Source: Candidatus Altimarinota bacterium
Lineage (GTDB): Bacteria; Patescibacteriota; Gracilibacteria; UBA4473
Assembly: GCA_965231215.1 (NCBI GenBank)
Contig: OZ246423.1
Span: forward strand, 1,262,060 to 1,326,059
Length of the DNA: 64,000 nt
Direction of reading: 5' to 3'
The position numbers were made by a program, and so were the translations under genes. The notes beneath the pieces were generated by a model that made no database searches, was not told the DNA's origin, and was given only the letters and a program-made list of their open reading frames with translations. Position 1 is the stretch's first letter. Each line of letters begins with the position of its first letter. Shown one piece after another: positions 20,650 through 29,965 of the stretch.

Positions 20650-21219
20650 TTATAAAAGGCCTTCTGTGTCTTTCTTTAACTTATTTTTTAAAATAAGGTT
20701 ATCTTTGTTTCCAAAAAGATTCATAACAAACTTATCTTTTAGCGTGATTCGATATAAGAAATCTTCTCGAGTCATTACGCCGAATTTAACGTCTTCACCT
20801 GCAAATTGCTCTTTAACAAAAACCCCTAGATCAGATTCTTTAACACTGCCCACTACAAAAAGGTCAATGTCAGACTTTGTGTCCACAAATTGCCCTGTAA
20901 GTACACATAGGTCAACATCCCCTAACTTGGAAAGTTTCTTGAGCAGGTTTTGATTGCCTTCATCTGTCTTACGAATAATAGAGGTAAATTCATGCAGTAA
21001 TGGAAAGTGTGGATTCACATGATAGTATTTTTTGCGGTTTTTTTCTCTAGATTTAAGCATTCCAATCGATTCTAGATTTTCTAGTTCTCTACGAAGTGAG
21101 TTAATTTGTTCATCTAAGATACGAGTAAGTTCCCTGATAAAAAACTCCTCTTCTGGGTTGAGAAGAAATTGCTTGAGGAGCTTTACTCTAGCCCCGGAAC
21201 CAAATACTTTTTTGAGCAT
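20650..21219 (-). CDS. Winged-helix DNA-binding protein with degenerate nucleotidyltransferase-like C-terminal domain
   Basis: FGSGARVKLL..FFIRELTR..QINSLRRELENL..GML; C-terminal SDIDLFVVG. Confidence 0.8.
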   Translation of the reverse strand: MLKKVFGSGARVKLLKQFLLNPEEEFFIRELTRILDEQINSLRRELENLESIGMLKSREKNRKKYYHVNPHFPLLHEFTSIIRKTDEGNQNLLKKLSKLGDVDLCVLTGQFVDTKSDIDLFVVGSVKESDLGVFVKEQFAGEDVKFGVMTREDFLYRITLKDKFVMNLFGNKDNLILKNKLKKDTEGLL

Positions 21220-21249
21220 TATTTGTGTACGTAACCCTACAGTGCAAAA

Positions 21250-21278
21250 AATGTATTCGGTTTTGAGTTAAATGTCAA
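21250..21278 (-). promoter_or_regulatory. Sigma70-type promoter of the wHTH gene
   Basis: Minus strand TTGACA-17 bp-TACATT. Confidence 0.6.
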
Positions 21279-21285
21279 TTTTTTT

Positions 21286-21319
21286 TTATTACAAAATTAA
21301 TAAAATCCTTTTGTAATAA
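21286..21319. repeat. Perfect 11-bp inverted repeat (candidate operator)
   Basis: TTATTACAAAA-N12-TTTTGTAATAA immediately upstream of the -35 box. Confidence 0.6.
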
Positions 21320-21433
21320 GGTTTTTGTTGATTAAAAAAACTTATCATGAACCTAATATTTTATCAGATTGTTCAAAAATTTTGTTCATTTCCTGCGGTA
21401 TTGAATAAAATTATTGTTCAAAAATAAGAATAC

Positions 21434-21458
21434 AAAAAAAGCCTTTATACAAGGCTTT
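21434..21458 (-). terminator. Intrinsic terminator after tig and the small membrane protein gene
   Basis: Minus strand AAAGCCTT-GTATA-AAGGCTTT followed by a T run. Confidence 0.6.
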
Positions 21459-21482
21459 AAGATGATTTGGATGAATCAAGAA

Positions 21483-21728
21483 TTAAATGTCGGCGTCTTC
21501 ATAATCATTATCATCCTTTTTGCCAGAAAGGATTGCCAAACCACAAAATATGCCCCCAATAAACCCCATCATCATAATGAAGAGCATCGGCCAGAACATA
21601 CTGCCTATCACTGGCTCAAAGAAAATCATAACTCCTGGAGCCTGAATAACGATATTTTCAAAACATACAATAAGCCCTAGCACCAGAATGAATGCCATAA
21701 AACCGAGATAGACATACCGCATATTCAT
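21483..21728 (-). CDS. Small two-TM membrane protein (LapA/DUF1049-like)
   Basis: Two hydrophobic helices around FEN, acidic tail; directly downstream of tig. Confidence 0.7.
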   Translation of the reverse strand: MNMRYVYLGFMAFILVLGLIVCFENIVIQAPGVMIFFEPVIGSMFWPMLFIMMMGFIGGIFCGLAILSGKKDDNDYEDADI

Positions 21729-21741
21729 TTCTATTTTTGTT

Positions 21742-23010
21742 TTATCCCTCCATTATAGCCGATCTAAGGAATTTGTCAATCTTCATATTCATGACAGCCT
21801 TCTCGACCTCTAGGTCATGGGCATAGCCTTTTTGACCATCTTGACCGAGATTATTATGCGCTATTTGTTTGGCTATCGCAAATTCATCTTTGTCCAACTC
21901 AATATTTTCTTGCTTAACGATTTCAGAGAGTCCCAAAAATACTTTAAGGTCTTTGGCCCCTTCTGCACGCATTTCTTCTTTATAATCCTTTTCAGACTTA
22001 CCCATAACCTTCCAAAAGGCTCCCGGATCATTTTTAAACTGTGGATTGTGTTCTAAGCGTTGCATTCGTGTATGCACTTCCCTATCAAGCCAACTTTCTG
22101 GGAGGTCGGTTTTTACCAGTGGGGCTAGTTTGTCAGTATAAGTTTCCGTGTCTTTTCGTTCAGTTTCTCGGGCTTTATTCTGGGTGATATTATCTTTTAC
22201 CTTTTCTTTGAGTTCTTTTACTGAAATCTTTTCACCACAGAGCTGCTCCACTTGTGCTTCAGTTAGGGCTTCCACGTCAATTTCAAAGACCTGGTGAAGT
22301 TTGATGTCAAAAGGAACGGTCTTTCCAGCGAAATCTGGAGAATGGTAGTCCTTTGGGAATTTAACTTTTACCGCTTTCTTTTCATCCCCGGCCTTCATCC
22401 CGATATAAGCTTTCTCTAGATCAGGTAGAAAGTGCCCCATTCCGAGTCTGAATTTTTGGTTTTTTCCTCCCGTATTAGGGAGCTCTTCGCCTTTTTCATC
22501 CTTACCTGAAAAATCAACTTCTACTAAATCTTTATCTTTAGCTTCTCTGGGGACGGGGTTGCCTAAGCTTAGTTGGCTACAGGCTGTTTCTAGAGCCTCA
22601 ATAGCCTCATGGTCTTTTACTTCTACTTTGGTCTTTGTAACTTTGATTTTTTTATAGTCTCCCAGTTTTACTTCTGGATAAACCTCTACAGTAATGTTAA
22701 CACTCATGGGCATTTCTTTGGCGTCTTGTATATCTACTTCAGGCTGATTAATAACAGAAAGTTGATTTTTGGTTATAAAGGCTGAATAAGCTGAATCAAT
22801 GCTGTGGCTCATGGACTCATGCATTAACCGCTCTGGACCAATAGAACCAATAACCATATCATCTGGTGCATGTCCTTTTCTAAACCCTTTTATGGCTAAA
22901 TGTTGCCGAGCATTATCAACCACTTTTTTCTGAGCGGCTTTTAAATCTGGTTCTTCAATTGTTAAAACAAAGTGAACTTTTGATCCTGGAAGTGTTTTGT
23001 AGTTTGCCAT
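21742..23010 (-). CDS. tig: Trigger factor
   Basis: GFRKGHAP, VEVYPEVKLGDYK, FKBP domain FPKDYHS..AGK. Confidence 0.95.
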   Translation of the reverse strand: MANYKTLPGSKVHFVLTIEEPDLKAAQKKVVDNARQHLAIKGFRKGHAPDDMVIGSIGPERLMHESMSHSIDSAYSAFITKNQLSVINQPEVDIQDAKEMPMSVNITVEVYPEVKLGDYKKIKVTKTKVEVKDHEAIEALETACSQLSLGNPVPREAKDKDLVEVDFSGKDEKGEELPNTGGKNQKFRLGMGHFLPDLEKAYIGMKAGDEKKAVKVKFPKDYHSPDFAGKTVPFDIKLHQVFEIDVEALTEAQVEQLCGEKISVKELKEKVKDNITQNKARETERKDTETYTDKLAPLVKTDLPESWLDREVHTRMQRLEHNPQFKNDPGAFWKVMGKSEKDYKEEMRAEGAKDLKVFLGLSEIVKQENIELDKDEFAIAKQIAHNNLGQDGQKGYAHDLEVEKAVMNMKIDKFLRSAIMEG

Positions 23011-23034
23011 AGATGAGTAAAAATTAGTGCCCGC

Positions 23035-24177
23035 ATGCTAAGAAAAACCCTTAAATTGGCAACGCTTTTTTATCTAATTTACATTCACACTAGCTTTGCT
23101 GGATGGGAAACCCATACTGTGAAAGCCATTTTGGAAAGTGATCAGTACTTACTTTCTCATAATAAAATAGTTAAGCCTTTGGACTTAGAAATACCTTCCT
23201 TCTATACTAAAAATCCTGAATACACCTGCTTTTTGAGATCTATGGAGCGGTTTTTAGATCAAAAGCTGCTCGGACAATCTATCAAAATTAAATTCCCCGA
23301 GGCAAAACCTAAAAACCAGATAGTATACGGGGCTATGAAATTTGATAAAACCGTTAAATTGGACGATTTTTTTGTATCTCAAGGGTGGGCCAGAAGTGCT
23401 AATGAAAATTTAAAAACAGCTCAACACAACGCAAAAATAAATAAAAAAGGATTATGGGGACAGTGTAATGGGTGGAACCAGTTGAAGCATTATCAATCAA
23501 AAAAAGGAACAAATTTTGGATTTCCCCAAAAATACCGCCCTTATTTGCAAGGAGGGCAAACCGCTTGGGTTTCAAAAGTCTTATCTGCTAACTTAATAGA
23601 ACTAAAAAACGGATTAAAAATTCGCCTTATAGGCGTCGGAATACCTCAAAATGAAGGGGCGACACAAAAGTGTTTCAAAGCTGTGTCAAAAAAATATCTT
23701 GAAGCAAAACTTATCGGCAAAAAAGTTATTTTAGAGAAAGACATTTCTCAGATAGACAAAGGCTATACGCTCTGGCGATATGTATTTTTACCTCAAACTA
23801 AGTTTCAAGCCCCAGTCTTTATAAATGAGTTGATGATCAAAGAAGGTTTTGCGAGATACAGCAATATCTCGAAGCAAGACCAAAAGTATGCACAAAACCT
23901 TGAATCAGCTCAAATGGCAGCACTTCAATCCCCTACCGGCGGCTGGAAAGTATGTCTAGATTCAACGATCAAGGAATCTCAAGACAAAGAAATTGAAGCC
24001 CCAGAGTTGCAATATGATCCAGACTGTCGGATAAAAGGGAATATAGCTGGCTCAAAGAAAAACCCCAAATTCACCTATCACACGCCCCTTTCTGGGTGGT
24101 ACAAGCGTCTTAAATATGAACGATGCTTTGAAACTGAACTAGAGGCTGAAAGCGCCGGATTTATAAAAGTGAAGTAA
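23035..24177 (+). CDS. Secreted tandem thermonuclease (SNase)-like domain protein with C-terminal IKGNI..YH..CF..E.EA..AGF domain
   Basis: Signal peptide; two SNase-like repeats (GWAR..AK..KKGLWG.C; IRLIGV..INELMIKEGFAR..GGW..C); catalytic residues appear substituted. Confidence 0.8.
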   Translation: MLRKTLKLATLFYLIYIHTSFAGWETHTVKAILESDQYLLSHNKIVKPLDLEIPSFYTKNPEYTCFLRSMERFLDQKLLGQSIKIKFPEAKPKNQIVYGAMKFDKTVKLDDFFVSQGWARSANENLKTAQHNAKINKKGLWGQCNGWNQLKHYQSKKGTNFGFPQKYRPYLQGGQTAWVSKVLSANLIELKNGLKIRLIGVGIPQNEGATQKCFKAVSKKYLEAKLIGKKVILEKDISQIDKGYTLWRYVFLPQTKFQAPVFINELMIKEGFARYSNISKQDQKYAQNLESAQMAALQSPTGGWKVCLDSTIKESQDKEIEAPELQYDPDCRIKGNIAGSKKNPKFTYHTPLSGWYKRLKYERCFETELEAESAGFIKVK

Positions 24178-24750
24178 TTAAGCGGCCATTCTTTGTTCTA
24201 CAGAGTTGTCATTTCCAGCTTTGGCAATAATGGCATTAATTTCTGCGTTTTGGCCATCACAGTACAAATCTAACATTGTAGTAATAGAGACCCCTGCTTT
24301 TGCAGCGATAGCTCTGGTTTCAGCAATTTCTGAGTGATAGGTCATGGGACTGCCTCCATCATCATTGGCTGCAGACATTTCAGTTAAGCCTTCTTCAACG
24401 TCTAAAGAGTTTATTATGTGGTTATCCCCCGTTACTTTGTTTGTATGATGTCTTTCCTCATGGCGTAATATGCGGATTACAACTGCTTGAGTACCCATGG
24501 TTAGTTGATCTGTATCAATGCGTGTTTTTTTTGAGGCTAGTTCATATTGACCTGCTACACCAGAATCTAAATCTGTAACTTCAGAATGACCTACATCTCT
24601 ATTTGTGGTCTGATTAACCCTTCTCCTAGCCTCAAAAATTACAGCTTGCTGGGCTATTATTGATTCAACAGATCTATATTGGCCAAAAAGTTCTTGAGCT
24701 CTTTTACTTTCAGGATCAACATTTATGTAATCGGTAACTCTTTCTGGCAT
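24178..24750 (-). CDS. Putative zinc metalloprotease (gluzincin-like)
   Basis: GVAGQY strand, HEERH, downstream EEGLTE; ATG at 24750 preferred over the longer ORF start. Confidence 0.65.
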   Translation of the reverse strand: MPERVTDYINVDPESKRAQELFGQYRSVESIIAQQAVIFEARRRVNQTTNRDVGHSEVTDLDSGVAGQYELASKKTRIDTDQLTMGTQAVVIRILRHEERHHTNKVTGDNHIINSLDVEEGLTEMSAANDDGGSPMTYHSEIAETRAIAAKAGVSITTMLDLYCDGQNAEINAIIAKAGNDNSVEQRMAA

Positions 24751-24931
24751 GGTGCATTTGATTAGGTAACTTAAAAATATATAAATTTTAACTATATGGT
24801 CAAATTTTTTTAATAAAATCATTAAAAATAAAAGATTATTATTTTCTTATTAGATTTAAAAGTCTAAAAAATAAAAGCTAGATCAAAGTTCTAAAATAAA
24901 TAAAATTGTTTCGTATTAAATGAAAATTTGA

Positions 24932-26632
24932 ATGCGTTACTCACAACTATTCGGAAAACCTGTAAAAGAAGACCAAGGGGGATCGGATCTAAAAAGCCAT
25001 CAACTCCTCACAAAGGGAGGATTTATTGCTGAATCTGTAGCGGGAAGGTATTTTTTCTTGCCACTGGGGTGGCGAGTTCACGACAAAATAAAAGCGGTTA
25101 TTAAAGCGCGAATGGACAGCTATGGAGCTCAAGAAATGATCACCCCTACCCTACACCCATTAGAGCTATGGGAAGAAACTAACAGAACCTCAACGACAGG
25201 ATTTGAACTTATGCAGGTAGAAGACCGTCGTGGGGGCCAATTTGCTCTTGGAGGAACGGCCGAAGAAATGATGGTAGACGTGGTGCGCAAAAGGCAAATC
25301 AGCTATAAAGAACTGCCTTTTAATATCTATCAGTTCTCTACCAAATTCCGGGATGAAGCCCGAGCTCGTGGAGGGCTTTTGCGGGTAAGAGAGTTTGTCA
25401 TGAAAGATGCCTACTCTTTTGACACCGATGAGAAAGCCTTTGCCAAAACTTATGAGGATATGGCGGAATGTTACACTGCTATTTTTAATGACTTGGGACT
25501 CAAAACTAAAAAAGTAGAAGCTGATGGAGGGTATATTGGTGGAGATTATTGTCATGAATATCAAGTAGAAACGCCTATTGGTGAAGGCACTTACTTTGAA
25601 ACCGAAGATGGATCTTATATTGCTCATGAAGATGTAGCGGTATTTGAACGCGATATGATTAACCCGGATGAGGAAATCCAAGATATGATCGTTATAGAAC
25701 AACCAGAATGGGTCAAAACCATGGATGATAATGAAAAACATTACGGCCTACCAGCTTCAAGATTCCTCAAAAACGTCGTGTATAAAAATGTCACTACCGA
25801 TGAGATTATCATTATTACGATTCGTGGAGACCTAGAAGTAAACAAAACCAAGGTAGAGCGTCGTTTGGATGCTGTCGGACAGCTTGAGGCTGCCACAGAT
25901 GAAGATTTAGCTAAACTAGGTACCAAGTCAGGGTTTGTGCATGCTTGGGGGCATGAGGCCCGGTATATTGGTGATTTGTCGCTTAAAACGGTTGTAAACT
26001 TCATTGGAGGACAAAAAACCGATACTACAGATACGAAGAACGTAAATTATGGAAGCGACTTTGAATGTGAATTTTTAGATGATTTAGCGGTAGCCTATGA
26101 CGGAGCCAAAACCAAAGAGGGTAAAATCCTACATCAAAAGACCGGCGTTGAAGTTGGAAATATTTTTCAGTTAGGCACTCACTATACGTCTAAAATGAAA
26201 GACGCTACTTACGTAGATGAGTCTGGGAAAGGGGTGCCATACTATATGGGATGTTATGGAATTGGCCTTGGTCGAACTATGGCCACTGTTGTAGAAATGC
26301 ATCACGATGAAAATGGAATTATTTGGCCAGAGAACATCGCCCCATTCCAAATTTATTTAGCCCCTATTGGGAAAGATCCAAAGGTCTACGAACTCGCCGA
26401 AAAAATGTACAAAGAAATGCTAGATAAAGGCATTGAAGTGCTATTTGATGACCGGCAAGACAAAAAGTCTGGCCCTGGAGCCAAGTTTGGGAACCATGAG
26501 CTGCTTGGTATCCCCTACCGAGTGGTACTTTCTGAAAAATTACTCGAAGCTGGAAACGCTGAAGTTGTAAAAAGAGCCACCCTTGAAAAACAAGAAGTAG
26601 CCCTAGATAAAGTTTTGGGAATGTTTACTTAG
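24932..26632 (+). CDS. proS: Proline--tRNA ligase (bacterial type with editing insertion)
   Basis: YQFSTKFRDEARARGGLLRVREF.MKDAYSF, EVGNIFQLG, MGCYGIG..R. Confidence 0.97.
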   Translation: MRYSQLFGKPVKEDQGGSDLKSHQLLTKGGFIAESVAGRYFFLPLGWRVHDKIKAVIKARMDSYGAQEMITPTLHPLELWEETNRTSTTGFELMQVEDRRGGQFALGGTAEEMMVDVVRKRQISYKELPFNIYQFSTKFRDEARARGGLLRVREFVMKDAYSFDTDEKAFAKTYEDMAECYTAIFNDLGLKTKKVEADGGYIGGDYCHEYQVETPIGEGTYFETEDGSYIAHEDVAVFERDMINPDEEIQDMIVIEQPEWVKTMDDNEKHYGLPASRFLKNVVYKNVTTDEIIIITIRGDLEVNKTKVERRLDAVGQLEAATDEDLAKLGTKSGFVHAWGHEARYIGDLSLKTVVNFIGGQKTDTTDTKNVNYGSDFECEFLDDLAVAYDGAKTKEGKILHQKTGVEVGNIFQLGTHYTSKMKDATYVDESGKGVPYYMGCYGIGLGRTMATVVEMHHDENGIIWPENIAPFQIYLAPIGKDPKVYELAEKMYKEMLDKGIEVLFDDRQDKKSGPGAKFGNHELLGIPYRVVLSEKLLEAGNAEVVKRATLEKQEVALDKVLGMFT

Positions 26633-27210
26633 GCGGAAGCTTGATCATTATTAGCATCAATATCAGCATTGGTGCCTCCATGAGTTTGGTTTTCTCCAGC
26701 TTCAGCTACTCGACTGTTGTTTTCACCTGGACGACTTCCTGCATTTTCATTGTCACCTCCCTCAACTTTTTTAGCATATTGTTCAGTTTCTCCAGTATCT
26801 TCAGCTCGAACTTGTTGAGCTGTTTTATGAGGATTTTGGTCTTCTGGCATTTGTCTGTTTTTTACTCTAGCTTCTACTGTCTTAGCGTCTTCTTCTAAAT
26901 CAGCGGTTCTTTTTGCAATTTCAGGGTCCTTCTGAGCAGCATCCTTGATTCCTCTTTTTTCTAATGATTTACCATTTTTTCGACCAAATCCACTCTCAAA
27001 TTTATCTTTTTGGGCTTTAGCTTGCTTTCTCCCTCTTTCTTCGTATTTTTGCCTTTCTTCAGGATTCATATCCTCTGGCTTTTTTGGTTGCCTACTAGCT
27101 AGATCTGCTTCTCCTTCCTCTAGGTTATCTTTATCTTTATCTTCAGGTCCACGTTTCTTATAAATAAATTTGTAATCATATTCCGAAGCTGATTTGTAAA
27201 AATTTTTCAT
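26629..27210 (-). CDS. Hydrophilic, likely disordered hypothetical protein with (F/Y)IYK leader motif
   Basis: 193-aa charged ORF 23 nt downstream of the 732-aa gene, same strand. Confidence 0.65.
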   Translation of the reverse strand: MKNFYKSASEYDYKFIYKKRGPEDKDKDNLEEGEADLASRQPKKPEDMNPEERQKYEERGRKQAKAQKDKFESGFGRKNGKSLEKRGIKDAAQKDPEIAKRTADLEEDAKTVEARVKNRQMPEDQNPHKTAQQVRAEDTGETEQYAKKVEGGDNENAGSRPGENNSRVAEAGENQTHGGTNADIDANNDQASA

Positions 27211-27233
27211 GTTTTATATAAGAGGTTATTTGT

Positions 27234-29432
27234 TTATGTTTTGCTGTCCTTAAATCTTCCTGGATGCCGAGCATCTTGATCTGGACTAATAATTTTTAGG
27301 TCTAAATGGTCTGGATCGTGACGATAAATCATAACCTTTGTTCCACTAGCAAGAGTTAAATCATAAGTCTTGCCATCTCGGGCATTACCATGTTGTTTAG
27401 CAAACTGCCACAAAGCCTGACCATAATTGGACGTTGCTCCTTTTGAGGGATTACATCGAATATCCCATTTACAACCAGCACCATGTGATTGATCTCCACT
27501 ACCATGCTTTCCACCAGTTGCAGAGTTAATGTATCCTTTTGGTCCAGAATACCCCATTGAATTACGCATAAGTTGGTCTAATTCCATTAGCCCTTTAGCA
27601 GAACCTAGTTGAACACCATTAATTCCGTTTTCAAAATTGGCCATACTTCCACTACTAGCATTATCAAAACGAGAAGAAAGAATTTTAACCAATTCAGCTC
27701 TTTCTGCTGCACTTTCAATCTTGTAAGTACCATCTTTTCCATCAAACATTTCAAAACCTGGAACGTTATTTTCTAGATAATCCATAACTTCATCATGGGT
27801 CATATCGGTTCCATCAGGATTTTTTATCATACCTGAAAAATCGGCTCCACTGTGTTTAACGTAATTTTTAAGACCTTCGTTATTAGCTCCTAAAAGTAAT
27901 CGTAGATATTTAGGCTTAAGGTGTCGTCGTCCATCAGGATTAGTTGTATAGGCTTCATCTCCAATTTTACCTAAAGCTCTATCAATGCCTCGTGCATTCA
28001 TATTGAGCTCTTTTAGGTAATCAGTTCCAGAGGTAGAAAGATCCTTAGATTTCAGCATCAAAAGATGAGGATCAATCCCATATCTTTGAGCCATCTGATT
28101 GATCAGTTCGTGTTTTTTAAACTTTTTGCCTGGAGCAATCTCAACCTCCTCGTTCATCCAGGCATTCCCTTCTTGAGCGGCTAATTTTTCTCCTTCAAAG
28201 CCAAATTGCTTTATGTGTTCATCTACTTTTTTACTAATAGCAGACATTTCTTTTTCTGTAGCCATTTTTAACGGCTTAACCTTTGTCCCATTTACGATTT
28301 TGGCATATTCATCTGTAATATTTCCTTGGCCATCAACATAGAAAAAACTTCCTCCTTCTGCATTGTCCTTTCTAATAGCCCTTCGTCCATCTACTTCAAT
28401 TTCTCTTACTTCAGATGGATACCTATCTCCGGCTCCAATCGTCCTTAAATTGTCGTTATTGTTGAAACTAATAGTTTCGATTGTGCCTGAATCTATTAGT
28501 TTTTTGGCTTCTTCAGGGCTTAGAATTCCATTCCCACGAAGCCTTAGCTCATGGGTTTCTTCGCCAGTTTCTTCATTTTTGATTGTTTCTATATTTCCAG
28601 TGGCAAAAGCTTGGTTTGTAAACTCTTTTTTTGTATAGGCTTCTTCTTTTTCAGTCTTTAATGGTGCTTCAAGTTCAGTTCGAACTTCTTCAGCCATAGA
28701 TTTCACAGTTTCTTTTAGAGTAGCTTCGTCCATTGTGGCTAACTTTGAAGGATCCATAGCCTTAAGCTTAGCCTTTATAGCCTCTATAATACGTTCATCC
28801 ATAATTTTTTTAGCACCTTCCATACCTGTTTCACGCAGTGCATCATTTATCCCAAACTGAATTTTTCCGCGTACAATTTCAGCCTCTACTTGTTGCTCTA
28901 TCGATTTAGAAAATTCAGGATCATTTAGATCAATATCCTTAAAAGCTGTTCCAGCTTCTGTTTTTTCTTTTATAAGGGCTTCTACGGTTGTTTTAATAGC
29001 TCTATCCAAAGTTTCATCTCCATGCTTATACTTATCAGCCATCTTAGAGCGAATGGCTTCAGAAAGGTTCCCAACAACCTCTTCGCGCTTCTTGTTATGA
29101 AGTTCTGTTAATTTAGTTTCAATCTTAGATTTATCGGCTGCAATTCTGTCAAAATCCGCTTGAGTGAATTCTACTTCACCTGTTTTTTTTGCCCCTTCTG
29201 GACTAGCTTTCATGCCTTTAATTATTTGGGCTACTTGGTCTGGCGGGAGGGATCTGCACTTTTCAACTAAAGCACAAGCTTGCTTATGAATTTCTTCATT
29301 AGTAAGAGATGGGTTATCAGTGGTATTTTCAGATTCATCTGCCCTAGTTTCAGTATTTTCTGCCTCTCCTGGCTTTTCTTTGTAAATGTACTGAGGAACT
29401 TCTTGTGAATTAAATTGAAAAAGTTTTTTCAT
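27234..29432 (-). CDS. Putative peptidoglycan hydrolase: helical N-terminus, degenerate SLT-like segment, C-terminal M15-type zinc peptidase motif
   Basis: INSATGGKH..SHGAGCKWDIR...HLD matches S-x-H-x-x-G-x-x-x-D...H; INQMAQRYGIDPHLL resembles the SLT N-terminal helix. Confidence 0.6.
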   Translation of the reverse strand: MKKLFQFNSQEVPQYIYKEKPGEAENTETRADESENTTDNPSLTNEEIHKQACALVEKCRSLPPDQVAQIIKGMKASPEGAKKTGEVEFTQADFDRIAADKSKIETKLTELHNKKREEVVGNLSEAIRSKMADKYKHGDETLDRAIKTTVEALIKEKTEAGTAFKDIDLNDPEFSKSIEQQVEAEIVRGKIQFGINDALRETGMEGAKKIMDERIIEAIKAKLKAMDPSKLATMDEATLKETVKSMAEEVRTELEAPLKTEKEEAYTKKEFTNQAFATGNIETIKNEETGEETHELRLRGNGILSPEEAKKLIDSGTIETISFNNNDNLRTIGAGDRYPSEVREIEVDGRRAIRKDNAEGGSFFYVDGQGNITDEYAKIVNGTKVKPLKMATEKEMSAISKKVDEHIKQFGFEGEKLAAQEGNAWMNEEVEIAPGKKFKKHELINQMAQRYGIDPHLLMLKSKDLSTSGTDYLKELNMNARGIDRALGKIGDEAYTTNPDGRRHLKPKYLRLLLGANNEGLKNYVKHSGADFSGMIKNPDGTDMTHDEVMDYLENNVPGFEMFDGKDGTYKIESAAERAELVKILSSRFDNASSGSMANFENGINGVQLGSAKGLMELDQLMRNSMGYSGPKGYINSATGGKHGSGDQSHGAGCKWDIRCNPSKGATSNYGQALWQFAKQHGNARDGKTYDLTLASGTKVMIYRHDPDHLDLKIISPDQDARHPGRFKDSKT

Positions 29433-29524
29433 TATTTGTATTTATTAATATGTGATTATATCACACTTTAAGCCGAAAAAAAAGTCTTCTGGCAAAGATT
29501 TTTAGAATCCATAGAATAACTTCA

Positions 29525-29965
29525 ATGAATGATCTTTTTAGTGACTTGAATAGTGATAAACCAGTCAAATCAGCCACGCTCTTTTGTGATGGCGGATCAA
29601 GAGGAAATCCTGGCCCTGCTGGGTGTGGAGGGGCTTTATTTGATGCAAATAAAAAAGAAATTGGTGCCTATTATGAATTTTTGGGACATCAAACTAATAA
29701 CTTTGCGGAATATACTGGATTGATTTTGGGACTTAAAAAGGCTTTAGAATTAGATATAACCCACCTAAAGGTCTGCATGGACTCTAAGCTAGCCATAGAG
29801 CAAATGGGCGGCAATTGGAAGGTGAAACACCCAGATATCAAAAAACTTTGGGAGCAAGCCAAGTTGCTCTGTGAAGATTTTATAGAAGTTACCTATGCGC
29901 ACGTCCCGCGAGAAAAAAACAAGCGTGCAGATGCACTCGCCAATAAGGCTATGGATTTGGGATAG
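29525..29965 (+). CDS. rnhA: Ribonuclease HI (archaeal-like type)
   Basis: DGGSRGNPGPAG, TNNFAEY, DSKL..EQM.G.WKVK, HVPREKNKRADALANKAMD. Confidence 0.93.
   Translation: MNDLFSDLNSDKPVKSATLFCDGGSRGNPGPAGCGGALFDANKKEIGAYYEFLGHQTNNFAEYTGLILGLKKALELDITHLKVCMDSKLAIEQMGGNWKVKHPDIKKLWEQAKLLCEDFIEVTYAHVPREKNKRADALANKAMDLG

Noticed and set aside
20650-21219. wHTH-nucleotidyltransferase as an MNT antitoxin of a HEPN-MNT toxin-antitoxin pair
   Set aside because: No adjacent HEPN gene, and the GS motif is degenerate (LTGQF).
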